DNA of 63,812 nt, filler included, from Octopus bimaculoides (Eukaryota): NCBI RefSeq assembly GCF_001194135.2. It is 5 parts of 5 records of this genome, joined end to end, with 100 filler letters (N's around TTAATTAATTAA, not from the genome) between each part and the next. Parts side by side here need not be neighbours in the genome. Positions count along the whole stretch, not along the records: positions 1 to 21,523 come from NC_068994.1; positions 21,624 to 37,280 come from NC_068984.1; 3 more parts are not named here. One strand, given 5' to 3'. Shown here one piece after another: positions 13,126 to 25,895 of this stretch. Each line of letters opens with the position of its first letter. Position 1 is the first letter of the stretch. A model generated the notes under the pieces. It was given only the letters and a program-made list of their open reading frames with translations, searched no databases and was not told where the DNA came from. Position numbers and translations under genes: made by a program.

Positions 13126-13724
13126 ATGTACAAGGGAAGTATGTGAATGTTTGTATCTGTGATTATTATGTACCTTATTTTGTACCTTATTTATATATAA
13201 AATACTACACTTAGCCATCACTTTTGAAGGCATGGGACCAACAAGTCATTTAATATTGAGCATTGCTAACTTATGGAGTTTTGCCAATCAGCTATTGTGA
13301 AATGCAAGATAAATCCAGTAATCAATCAACAGAGGATCATTTCACCACTTTCCTTTGACAAGAAAGGACAAGTAGTTCTCCTCTGTTGGCTGTGATGAAA
13401 AATAACATATGGTGGGCAAGACTGAAAAGACTAGAAATAGACATTTTCCTCTTCAGCCAAACTCTTACCAATGACTTCACATTCTATATGATAGTAGTGA
13501 TGGGAGTGGTGGTCGATGTACTAATAGTAGTAGTAGTAACAATAATAATTGTTACTAATTAAGGCACAAGACTTGATACTATTGGCCTTGCTGAATCCCC
13601 AGTACTAGATTAGCGCCATATTTTATCAATCCTGAAAGAATTTACGATAAAGTTAACCTCAGCAGAATTTGAACTCAGAACATAAAGAAGGACAAAAGCT
13701 AAGCGTTTTGCCTGGCTTGTTACC

Positions 13725-13766
<42 letters not shown>

Positions 13767-13815
13767 TTAATAATAATAAAAATTGTTGTTGTTGTTATTA
13801 TTATTATTATTATTA

Positions 13816-13863
<48 letters not shown>

Positions 13864-14790
13864 GCATGAATGTGTATTTTAGTCTAGTAGTTATGGAGTC
13901 ATTTCACTATTTATTGGTAATATGACACTTTTATTTATATTGCAACAAACACTTGAGTGATCTATCTGAAATTTAACATTACTCTCTCCTTTTTCCTTTC
14001 CATCTATTATTATTTTTGTGTGTTTATGTTTTTCACAAATGAACGAACAGGTAAAAAGGTGAAGAATAAATGAAACAAAAATATAGCAGTGAAAATAAAA
14101 TATATATAAAAAAAAAATACAAGACAGGATATTTTTGCAAGCAATCGCTAGAATGTTTATGTCATTTGAGAGAAGTGCGTGGAAAAAGATGAGAATGAAT
14201 TGATGCTATAAAAGAGCAGGAATATTAAAATGTAAACCGATCCTACAAAAGCAAGACAACCATTGCATCACGTGATCTTGCCCCTGGTTACCAAAATGTG
14301 AGAGGACAGCATAAAAGCAGGATTTTTAATGGAAAATGTGTGAAGAGAAAATATAGATAAAAACAGGCAATAAATGTAAATATATATAGGAATGTTTCTC
14401 TTTCTATCACTCATATTTATGATGTGGAATAATATTCTTCTCTTTCTTTTTTTTTCACTTTGCAGTTCTAATTGTTGTTTTTTTAATTTTTTTTTACCGT
14501 TTTGTAACTTTTAAACTAAAATACATACTAACCTATCATTAGTCATAACAACGACATCATCAATGATGATGAAGATGGCAACCACAACTGTAATATCAAT
14601 AACAATTTTTTTAATTGCCACAAGGGCATTGAGAAAATTAACTAATCGAAAAAAGTACAATTCAGATACGTGTGTGTAAATAAGAAGTGACTAGATTGTT
14701 AGACATGCTATGAAATCGACAGGCAGGAAAACAAGTAAACAGACAGAAAAACAGATAGATAGACATAGATGTATAGTTAGATAGACAGGC

Positions 14791-14853
<63 letters not shown>

Positions 14854-16275
14854 CAGAGAGAGGGGAATAGACAGATAGATAGATAAAGAGAATAGGCAAG
14901 AGAGAGAAGGGAAATGAGTGGGAAAGAAAGGGGGCGAGAAAGAAAGAGAGAGTGAGAGAGTCAGAGAGAGAGAGAGAAATGAAGGTCTCTCTCTGAAATT
15001 ACAAAAGTAAGTGTTATTTTAAAACAGTGGAAAATATCACTGAAAATCAGTGAAACAATGTGTGAAATGAAGGGAAAACAAAAAAGTGAGAAATGCTGAT
15101 TGAAAGAAACATAATTAAGAGATTAGCACATGAAGTTAAATCAAGAATTCCTACATAAGAAAGGAAAGGTATTTATGAACTCAAGTAGAACTCAAGAGAA
15201 TTCTGTGCTACATTTTACTGTTGTATACAAACTGAAGCAAAAATACAAACAAAAGAAATACAGTTTATCTTAATACATATATACACATTTTTGCTTTCTT
15301 TCATTCACTCTATCTCTCTCTCCACCTCAATCTCTCTATCTCTTCCCCTCTTTCTCTCTCTTCCCCTCTTTCTCCTTCTTTCTCTCTTCTCCTCTTTCTC
15401 CTTCTTTCTCTCTCTTCCTGTTGGAAGAGAAGTTGCAGTCGTCCCCATGGAAAATTAAATTTGAAGGCTAACAAATTAGTTAATGTAAAGTTAATCATAC
15501 ACAAAACTTAAAACAAGAAGCAAACATACAAATGGATGGTTAAAAGTATAAACTATGTGGAAACAAAATACATAGAACAAAGAAAATAAAAGCAAACATT
15601 AAAAGAAACACTAGCATCAAATATACAAATAAAAACTACAAAACTAAATAGAAAATTCTAAAAACAAAAGCATAAAAATACAAGCCAAAACACAGAAACA
15701 TTAATTTACTGCTTAGGTACAAAACCTACTGAAATGTCAATGGATCTGAACCTTCTATATTTCTGGAACTCAAGAGACCGACCCATGGAGAAAAGAAATA
15801 TAAAGATGACTGATGGAATTTGACTTCAGAACAAAATTTAATTTACTATGTCATTTAGCTATGTGTTTCTATTGTTTTTGCTAATTCCCTGACTCTTTGA
15901 AAACACAATATAAACATTAAAAGAATCTACAAAATACAATAACAGATTTCAGTATATCTAAAGAAAATATCGACAAACAAAAACTGCATAATGACAACTT
16001 ATGCTAAAATAAAATGACAAAAAACAAAACAAAAAAGAAAACAACTAATCAATGAATGGTGAAAAGGAAAAAGGAAAACAACAGCAATGAAAATAAAAAT
16101 TAAATTAATAAGTGTTCAGCTAGCTGAGTTTCAGAAGTTTTCTGGGCAACAATGTGATTCTGGATTCAATCGCAGAGGAAAATATCTTGAGAAAATGATT
16201 TTTTTCCAAATGCAGTATCACAATGAACAGTGTCTTGTGAGAGGAATTTAGTAGTTGGCAACTATACAAAAACCC

Positions 16276-16315
<40 letters not shown>

Positions 16316-17134
16316 AGTAGCACCCAAGGCACTTGGCTGGAATTACATTTATTTAATAATAATTTGACTCAGTTCCACATTACTTAAAGTTTTGAGGCTA
16401 GAGAACATGTCCACATCATCAGATTTTCAGAGAAGAAAGTGGAGAGAATCTCTTAAAAATTTTAAATGGCTTCTAGATGAAAATATTTAGGCTTCACTAT
16501 GACCACAAAATATTTAGGCTTTGCTATGACCACAAGCACACTGATACATTATGTATTCTATCTGTTTTTTTTTTTTATAACTTCTATAACAGTTCTTGCC
16601 CTTCTGAACTAGTAAACTGAAAATCCTTCTAATTCACAAACTTTTCTTCTTGTTATCCCTACTATATTTCATCCACAAATTCCTGCACCAAGATTGTTAC
16701 TGAAACTTCTGTCTAGATCTATTACCTATCTAACTCTGTCTCTACTTATGATTTCTATATATTTTACAAACTTAATATCGATAGCATTGACTTACTCCCA
16801 GCAGTTTAGAGGGGCTTGCTCTCCAGAGTGAATTTTAAAAAAAGAATCTAGAAAATAGCTAGGAACATAACAAAAATTATCTATCTTAAACTTGCAGCTA
16901 CATGAGATTGAGACTTACTTGGAATTTCAAGGTATTTAGGCTAAAGTACCTCTGAATAAGAGGCCAACCCTCACAGTCCTGAAAGAAGTTTTACATACAC
17001 AAGCACTGTGGGTCACAGCCATAAAAAGACTACCAGTGAGCTAGGTATGTTGTGAAGACTTGCTAATAGTAAATCTTCACAACAGCCCAAAGTACACACA
17101 CGGGTAGATAATGTTCTCTCTCTCACTCACTCAT

Positions 17135-17201
<67 letters not shown>

Positions 17202-17309
17202 CTCTCTATTTCTTCTATCACTGCCATAACAGTTACTCTTATTCCTCTGAACTAGCAAGCATTTGATCATCTGATTGACAAGATTCACTTTTCCTTGTTA
17301 TCCTTATAT

Positions 17310-17480
17310 TGTTATCATTACCCACTTGAAAATGAGCACTACTTATTCTCAATTTTAGTTGAATGTAATGGAGTAATGTAAGATGAAGTAGCTTGCTCCA
17401 GGACCCAGTCAGAAATTTGAACTCACAACCCAATGGTCTTAAGCCCAACACTCTATCCACTAGACTGCACACCTTTATGA
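17310..17480 (-). mobile_element. Old tRNA-derived SINE (CORE/Deu-like central region)
   Basis: Minus strand: gcagtctagtggatagagtgttgggc...gagttcaaattt (A/B boxes), then gtcctggagcaagctacttcatcttacattactcc. Confidence 0.5.
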
Positions 17481-17689
17481 GCATCATAGCCACCAGCAAT
17501 TGATTAATTTATGCAATATCTATAGCAGTTTCAATACAATGAAAAATCCTTTGTGGAGCAACATCCAAGCCAATACTAGCATGAGCAAAGAAAGACAGAA
17601 AATGAAATAGATTTCACAAATCTCAATGAAAGTGAAAGTGAAAATATAGTGATGAAAATAAAAGGAGACATTGTTTGGAAATATCAAAT

Positions 17690-17850
17690 AAAGAAATTCT
17701 GAAAACAAAAGAGTGCCTAAAGCAACAACTTCCAGTGAAGACACAAAGGATTTGAAGGTATGAAGAGCAGCTATGATTTTTTTCTGAGCAAACCAAATTC
17801 CTCATTCAACCCAAAGAAATTCTACCAAGGAATCAAGGAATCAGTAAAAA
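17690..17850 (+). pseudogene. R4/Dong-type LINE fragment, region N-terminal to RT
   Basis: TQRI*RYEEQL...FNPKKFYQGIKES resembles the QRIRRYE...QNKxFxxNPKKFY motif. Confidence 0.45.
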
Positions 17851-18886
17851 TATATAAGGGATCCATATATCAGCTACAAAATTAGAAACTGAAGAATACG
17901 AGGGGTAAAAGAAAGTAGGATAGCAAAACCAACAGAACTGTAAAACTAGAAATATACCAGAATTCACACTAGTGAATCACAGGTGTTGTGAACATACACC
18001 ATTTTGAGGGAGGGGGTGTTCTCTAATGATGCAAAACAACAGTTATTAGATATTCAAGCTTGAATCTGTCAGAATGTTTTAAGAATGTGATAGATGATGC
18101 TTGGATTCTCACTGCTCTGCATACTTTCTATAATTTATTATTGTTACTATTATCAATGTGTGTGTAGAAGAAATACATGGGTAACCATGTATGATGAGAG
18201 GTTAAAGTCTATCATATGTCCGTCTATCATATTTTAACCTCTCATCACCTGGTATAAAGCCACCTCTCTCAATATCACTCACTGTCTCTGTTAGAGTTGT
18301 TTGTGTTGCAAGTTACTTAGTGACCTCACTGGTGCTGCTGCTATGTAAAAAATGCCCAGTACACTCTGTAAAGGGATTGGTGCTAGGAAGGGCATCCAGC
18401 TGCAGAAACCATGTCAAAGTTGGCAGTAGAGCTTGACAGTTCCTGTCAAACTAACCAACCCATGCCATCATGGAAAATTAACATTAAATGACAATGATGA
18501 TACACACACAACCACACACCCCCAGCACACACATTTATACTCGCACATATGTATATTATTTATTAAATGCGTTTGTGTATGTGTGTGCCTGTGTTTGTGT
18601 AACCATATGTATGTGTGTTGTTTGCATGTGCATGTGTGTATCTATGTGTGTATGTATCACCATTATACATCAGTGAAGAATGTGAATATCATTGAGAGAA
18701 CTTTAAACAGAATGCTTTCTAATAAAAATATCCTACCTGGCATTTGTTCTGACTGACTGGCTGAGACAATTCCTTGTCTTTTTTTTAGCATCATACATTC
18801 AGTGAATCAATGATAAGCCAGTTATGTAGTTAAATGCTACATAAAACAAAATATAATTAAATAAACATTATCACAGTAATTGTTAA

Positions 18887-19092
18887 CCCTTTGGCATTCA
18901 GATTTATACTTATTTATTCACATTGTTTTGAATTAATCATAGCCAATCTCATAGCTTTGAGATTTTTATGATATAATTATCTATTGTTAAAGTAACCTTG
19001 TAGGGTAGGTGTGAGAAGCCAGATCTGGTCAGTTTGAACATAAAACAAGTAGAATATTTGGGCCGGATTTGGCTGGTTTAAATGCTAAAGGG
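18887..19092. mobile_element. piggyBac-type MITE with TTAA target-site duplication
   Basis: TTAA|CCCTTTGGCATT ... AATGCTAAAGGG|TTAA; TSDs at 18883-18886 and 19093-19096. Confidence 0.85.
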
Positions 19093-20059
19093 TTAAAGTA
19101 TTTATTACTTTCATGAAAGACTTAGAGACAGCACCTAAATGGTTCAGTGTAATACTACTGTGAGAACTTATATGTTATCATGCAATCTGTGAGAAACAGC
19201 AACTAAATTTTTCTCAGATCACATCTTATTCTCTTAAAAAAGAAGAATAATGTAGTCCTAGTTAATATGCTTAAAATATAGGTAGGATAGTCATAATTTA
19301 AATGCATTTCATTTTAACTCTCTTTGGTAGGAATGACCAGAAGTTATAACAGCAATAAATTGGTTAGAATGAAATTTATAGAAAATTCATGTCATGAAAA
19401 TGTGTTTACAATTGGCATTGTAATCAGATGATTCTAGTCTCAATACCACTGAGGGGGCGACTCAGGTGTGCATCATCAAACATAACCTAAAGCCTAGTAA
19501 GAGAAATTTTGTTGATAGAAACTGCACGTTTGTTGGATGTGTATGTATACAGATAAATCAGTATAGATATTTTGTGTATATAGGTGCAGGATGACAATAG
19601 ATGAATGGAATAAAAATAGGTCGTGATGTTTCAATTCATCTTTAAGGCAGTGAACAGGCAGAATTATTAGCATTCTGGGCAAAATGCTAAGTAGCATTTC
19701 ATCAGTCTTTATGCTTTGGTTTCAAATTGTACCAAAGTTGACTTTGCCATTTACCCTATGGGGAGCAATAAAATAAATACCAGTTGAGCACTGGGGTTGA
19801 TGTAATTGAATTACCCCTTCCTCTGGAATTGCTGGCCTTGTGCTAAAATTTGAGATCGAAATTTCAATCCATCTCAGTTATGTCCCTTTTAGTCAATGGT
19901 CAACTTTATTTTAATGTTCATCCAAGGCTGATAAAATAAACACTAAACAAAACACAAAGGCTACTATAACTAAAACCAGTAAAAGAATACATCTTAGTCC
20001 CCCAAACAGCTTTACGAAGGATGCTTTCTATCATAAATAAAAGGAGTCATTTTCAGCAT

Positions 20060-20700
20060 CTTTCAAATAGACCTACCATGCCCTCTTGTCTGCTATCTTG
20101 TGTTAATACTTTTTACAAATAAGGTAGAGGAAACTGGAAATAGCTAAGATTACTTAGAGGTGACAATAATTTCTCACCTGTATTTAAATAATTACAAGCA
20201 GCATGCTAAAGGTGACAAGCAACTTGGTATCCTGTAGCAGACAATATGCTAATTCTGTAGAAACATTGGCATGAAAAGGAATTTAGGCAAATATGTTAAA
20301 GCCATATTAAAAAGAGAAAATTTATATTTTATTTTAATCAAATCTTAATTGATAAAGAAACAGAGATAGAAGAATTAGACCAGGGTCAAACTTACAGATA
20401 TTTTGCCATCAATCAGCTAGATAGTGTACAATACTAACAAGAATGATGGAAAAGGTTAGGAAAGAATATTAAAGATATATTAAACTGAGAACAATAACAG
20501 AACTAAAAGCCAAAACTAATAGACATCAATAATGTAGCCATTCATATAATAACCATACTTCAGCTAGACATAAAAATAAATGATGAGAATGGATAGAATA
20601 AACAAAGAAAATAATTGCAGAATTTAGAGTGAACTAGTCAAAAAAACTGACATTGAGAGACGATGTTGAACATAAACAGAATAAAATACAGAGACTTCTG
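20060..20700 (+). pseudogene. Degenerate R4/Dong-clade LINE reverse transcriptase
   Basis: ISHLYLNNYKQHAKGDKQLGIL...NIGM...DKETEIEELDQGQTYRYFAINQ...DIER matches the SHLLYMDDLKLYAK...YKYLGI pattern. Confidence 0.75.
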
Positions 20701-21444
20701 TGACCAAAAACATTATAAAATGGTTACGGTAGGATTACAAAAGTATTTTATCATCATCATCAACATCATCATCACCACCACCATTATCATCACCACCACT
20801 ATCATCATCATCAACATCATCACCACCACCACTGCCACCATTATCATCATCAGTAGCAAGAGTGTAACATCATTATCAACATTGTCCTCATCCTTATGAT
20901 GATGATGATCATCATCACCACTACCAACACCACCACCACCAACCACCATGACCACCACCACTATTATCATAATCACCAAAACCACCACCACCACCACTAT
21001 CATAGCCACAGTCATCATCATCATCATTCAAGGTCTGGTTTCCATGCTGGCATGAGTTGGACAGGTGATGACTAGAAAGGTTACCACGCACTCCTAGTCA
21101 GGCCTGGTGTCTAGACCTCAGTTTCTATGGTTGGTTGTCTCTCCTTACACTAAACATTTTCTAAAGTGTATTATATTATATTTTATCCAGGCACCAATAT
21201 TTGAAACATTGTCTTGTTCTTCAGCCTGACTACAGGATCCTCTTAACCCTATGCCATCTTTGATAATTTTCTATTAATGAGAGACTATACATGAATTTTT
21301 ATAACAAACATAATTATTAGCTAAAGCATCCATGGATCATAGTAGAAAGTAAAGGATTCTTATATGTCATATTACATACATCTAACCAAGCTTTCTTACT
21401 GAAATCTGTTAAAGCAAAATAATAAATAATATCTTGCTTTTTCA

Positions 21445-21477
<33 letters not shown>

Positions 21478-21483
21478 CGTGTG

Positions 21484-21523
<40 letters not shown>

Positions 21524-21567
21524 NNNNNNNNNNNNNNNNNNNNNNNNNNNNNNNNNNNNNNNNNNNN

Positions 21568-21579
21568 TTAATTAATTAA
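21568..21579. other. Assembly gap marker TTAATTAATTAA (also 37325, 42865, 61052)
   Basis: Identical 12-mer centred in N runs (44N+12+44N = 100 bp at 21524-21623); gives stops in all six frames. Confidence 0.9.
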
Positions 21580-21689
21580 NNNNNNNNNNNNNNNNNNNNN
21601 NNNNNNNNNNNNNNNNNNNNNNNTGTATATATATGTGTATGTATATATATGTGTATGTATATATATGTGTATGTATATATATATATGTG

Positions 21690-21725
<36 letters not shown>

Positions 21726-21726
<1 letters not shown>

Positions 21727-22960
21727 TAGCAGAGCCACCCGGCGTTACCCGGGAATGAAATTGTTGCTTATTGGTACTTGGAGACTTTTACGAAAATTAA
21801 AATGAGGATTAAATGAAAAAAATTATTTACTTGAATATCCTCACAAAAGTAATTGAAATAAATGGCGATTGTGGAACTGAAGGAATTTTGGTGATACATT
21901 TGATAGAGGTAGTAGAGAGCCAATCTGATGATAAATCTGACCTTGGATCTTGAAAGTTTGCATGAATCCTGGCTCAGTTATATCTTTCTTTTGTGGCCCC
22001 AAATGATGTCATCTGTAGAGCAGCATTGTACTGTCTAATTTTGTTTTGAAAGTGCTTGGAATTTTGATCAGTTGATGATAACAGTTTCTTCAATGGCTCT
22101 GGAGGTTGGGGGACTGCAGGGAGTTTAACCTTTCCACCACTGCAGCACAGTGCAAGTGTCTCTCCAGGCCACTTCCTTGCTTTACAATGAATGCACTCAG
22201 TTGTCATTGCACCAATGGAAACTCTAGTGTCATCCGCATGATGAACTGCTGGATCATAANNNNNNNNNNNNNNNNNNNNNNNNNNNNNNNNNNNNNNNNN
22301 NNNNNNNNNNNNNNNNNNNNNNNNNNNNNNNNNNNNNNNNNNNNNNNNNNNNNNNNNNNNNNNNNNNNNNNNNNNNNNNNNNNNNNNNNNNNNNNNNNNN
22401 NNNNNNNNNNNNNNNNNNNNNNNNNNNNNNNNNNNNNNNNNNNNNNNNNNNNNNNNNNNNNNNNNNNNNNNNNNNNNNNNNNNNNNNNNNNNNNNNNNNN
22501 NNNNNNNNNNNNNNNNNNNNNNNNNNNNNNNNNNNNNNNNNNNNNNNNNNNNNNNNNNNNNNNNNNNNNNNNNNNNNNNNNNNNNNNNNNNNNNNNNNNN
22601 NNNNNNNNNNNNNNNNNNNNNNNNNNNNNNNNNNNNNNNNNNNNNNNNNNNNNCTTCTGTTAGTAAATTATGAAATTACTTACATCAGTAAATGTGAGTA
22701 AACTTTTAGTGAGAACAGTAACGATTGAAGTGAAGGTGAAAAAAAACTATGGCTACCGGAAGTTGACATTGAGGAACCTTTTTAAAGAAGTGAATCTTAA
22801 ATATAAAGCAATATTATTTATTTTTAATAAAAAAATCAAATGAAGAGCCTAACATTTATCCGAGGTCAAATTATTCATGCTTCACAAGTATGGAAGTAAA
22901 TGGTGAAGCCGTTTTCACGTGATAAGCGATTACACACACATCTCTATTTTATATATTAGA
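21726..22960 (-). mobile_element. Internally deleted Helitron with both termini, inserted in (TA)n
   Basis: Minus-strand 5' end A|TCTAATATATAAAATAGAG at 22960. 3' hairpin CCCGG-GTAACG-CCGGG (21753-21738), then CTAG|T (21729-21726). Gap at 22260-22653. Confidence 0.9.
21870..22207 (-). pseudogene. Helitron RepHel N-terminal fragment (frameshifted)
   Basis: CIHCKARKWPGETLALCCSGGKVKLPAVPQPPEPLKKLL...IRQYNAALQMTSFG, then after a frameshift PGFMQTFKIQGQIYHQIGSLLP...PKFLQF. Confidence 0.9.
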
Positions 22961-23189
22961 TATATATATATATATTGGAACATCCCATAAATGATGTAGC
23001 TTTTCAATTGCATGAACTAAAGGATGAAGGAAATAGAAGATAGATTTGTTACTATACCCCAACCATGGATGACACCAGGTAGCCCAAACTGTGAACGAGC
23101 TTTACTCAACACACTAATTAACATATTGACATATACTCATGAGTCCAAAAGATTACATATATATATATATAAATATATATATATATAAA

Positions 23190-23520
23190 ATTTTGGAAGT
23201 GTTGGTTGGATATTTGTTGTGCGATGACGCTCGATCGTGTACATATTTAACACTAGCACTTTCAAATTTTATATTGGGAATGCTACACTGATGATGAGAA
23301 GTAAGTAAACATGCTTCAATCTCGAAACACGTCTGTGGCTAATTGGAGTCGTGTGGATTCGTTATTTTACTCTTTGCCTGCGTAAAAAAGTGTGTTACTG
23401 TCTGGGAGATTCTTACAGTTGTAGAAAAGGAATTTTTAACTCTTATTTCTAAATTCAGTATGTGGTGAAGCAAATAACTGACCCCTAATTATAATTATGT
23501 TTACAATTATGGAATATTTA
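23190..23520 (+). repeat. Hammerhead-bearing non-coding repeat, homologous to 50165-50460 on the minus strand
   Basis: Shared downstream block ttcgttatttt...gtagaaaa...tatttctaaatt..gtatgtggtgaagcaa...aattatgttt and shared upstream gatg.cgc..gatcg. Confidence 0.8.
23282..23339 (+). ncRNA. Minimal type I hammerhead ribozyme, apparently intact; predicted cleavage after C23333 (GUC)
   Basis: GCTACA CTGATGA T GAGA (20 nt) TCTC GAAA CACG TC TGTGGC: 6-bp stem I, 4-bp stem II, 2-bp stem III, all conserved core positions present. Confidence 0.85.
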
Positions 23521-23872
23521 TATATATATGTGTATGTATGTATGTAGTCTATATACTCTCAAAAATTTTGTTAATCCTTCGTCACTATCTAGCTCATTCT
23601 GAACTTTTCTTAGAGCCCTTTTGTGACTCTGTGTGGTTGTTTGTGTGTGTGTGTAATATTATATAAATGATTGTAGTATGTACTTGTTTTTTGTTTCAGC
23701 ACACGATCTCAAATCCAGTCACTTGCTATGCAAGTATATCTCCCTAAAATACAAATAATATATTCAATATATTAACTAATATATGAATACCACATGCACA
23801 TGTATATATATATGTGTGTGTGTGTGTGTGTTTGTATACATACATAAATATATATTTATGAATATATATATG

Positions 23873-24051
23873 AAAAATAAGAAAATGGAGATATAGTATT
23901 TAATAAAGATTTATTATCAGGAAAAATCAAACATAATCCCTTACAGCTGTTTCAATTAAGCCCAATAAAGATTAAATAAATACTAAAATCATTTTGGGAC
24001 AAAATCTCTTCAGAGTAGTAGAAAAAAGATATACCCTTAGTTTTCTATGCA
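23873..24051 (+). repeat. About 180-bp repeat with an inverted copy at 25170-25353
   Basis: aaaataagaaaatggagat...cttacagctgtttca.ttaagc.caataaagattaa...gatatacccttagtttt.tatgca aligns to the reverse complement, roughly 85% by eye. Confidence 0.85.
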
Positions 24052-24065
24052 TATACACATATAAA

Positions 24066-24111
<46 letters not shown>

Positions 24112-24721
24112 AATATATGTGTGTATATATANNNNNNNNNNNNNNNNNNNNNNNNNNNNNNNNNNNNNNNNNNNNNNNNNNNNNNNNNNNNNNNNNNNNN
24201 NNNNNNNNNNNNNNNNNNNNNNNNNNNNNNNNNNNNNNNNNNNNNNNNNNNNNNNNNNNNNNNNNNNNNNNNNNNNNNNNNNNNNNNNNNNNNNNNNNNN
24301 NNNNNNNNNNNNNNNNNNNNNNNNNNNNNNNNNNNNNNNNNNNNNNNNNNNNNNNNNNNNNNNNNNNNNNNNNNNNNNNNNNNNNNNNNNNNNNNNNNNN
24401 NNNNNNNNNNNNNNNNNNNNNNNNNNNNNNNNNNNNNNNNNNNNNNNNNNNNNNNNNNNNNNNNNNNNNNNNNNNNNNNNNNNNNNNNNNNNNNNNNNNN
24501 NNNNNNNNNNNNNNNNNNNNNNNNNNNNNNNNNNNNNNNNNNNNNNNNNNNNNNNNNNNNNNNNNNNNNNNNNNNNNNNNNNNNNNNNNNNNNNNNNNNN
24601 NNNNNNNNNNNNNNNNNNNNNNNNNNNNNNNNNNNNNNNNNNNNNNNNNNNNNNNNNNNNNNNNNNNNNNNNNNNNNNNNNNNNNNNNNNNNNNNNNNNN
24701 NNNNNNNNNNNNNNNNNNNNN

Positions 24722-24783
<62 letters not shown>

Positions 24784-25554
24784 TGTATATATGGGTGTAT
24801 ATATTTATATATATACACGCATATATTTATATGTGTTTATGTATACAAACACACACACACTCACACACACACGCACACATATATATACACTGAATTAAAA
24901 GATGAATGTTAGACTTGTGTTAATATATGTTTCTGTATTAACTTTTTATAGGTTTTTCTCAATTTTATAAACAACCCACTAAAGTATTTTATTTATGATA
25001 CTTTTCTTCATTGTAATTTACTATTTAATCTCTATTTATTTACCCATTATTACCTTAATTATATCTACATATTATTCCTTGCCTATTAAAATAACCTGTA
25101 ACTTAGGAATATACCACTATTAGCCATGAATAATATTTTTCAGCCTGCTGTGATGATTCTATAATACAGTGCATAAAAAAACTAAGGGTATATCTTTTTC
25201 TAGTCCTCTGAAGAGATTTGTCCCCCAAAAATGATTTTAATAATTTTCATTTAATCTTTATTGAGCTTAACTGAAACAGCTGTAAGGAACTATGTTTGAT
25301 TTTTGCTGATAATAAATTTTTATTAAATGCTACATCTCCATTTTCTTATTTTCCAGTGGAATGATTATAAACCATTGGTTTATATACAAACCTATTATTT
25401 TATGAATATTATTATTCCCAATAAATATAATGTATTGAGCAGTAATTCATTGGATGATACCATCCATTAACGAGGCTAACTTAACCTCTAATTGAATTGT
25501 ATTTATGTATATATAAACTATTACATCAAGAAATATAATAACACTTGAACTAGA

Positions 25555-25895
25555 TATCACTGCACTGTTTCAAAGGTCCTGGTTATCCTCTCTAAAGTGA
25601 GGACCATGTACTGCAGTATCTTGGGATTCAAGGGCTCACAGCTATTTAATACCTTACCAAAATATCTGAGAGGTCTACATGGAACATGAATAGATATTTC
25701 CAAGAAACAACTTGATCTTTTGTTGTCTAGGGTCCCAAATGAACCTATAACTTGGCAGGAAACTCAAAAGAGAGCTGCAGTGTTGAACCCTCTCCTTCAC
25801 CAAAAGCCAATCACATAAGAATGGCCATTGAAAAGGGGATGTTAGCAGTGCCTCAGCATGGCCACAGCTTTTGAGCTGGAACCTATAAAAGAATG
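25555..25895 (+). mobile_element. CR1-clade LINE 3' end
   Basis: VRTMYCSILGFKGSQLFNTLPKYLRGLHG*...KKQLDLLLSRVPNEP...KRAA, followed by a 3' UTR and (AAGAATG)-like tail. Confidence 0.8.

Noticed and set aside
14268-14277. Palindromic E-box ATCACGTGAT; also ETS-like CCGGAAGT near 44833
   Set aside because: Single short motifs are expected by chance; no promoter evidence.
21568-21579. Recurrent TTAATTAATTAA (four sites) as a possible motif or CRISPR-like repeat
   Set aside because: Always centred in N runs; a scaffolding spacer, not biological sequence.
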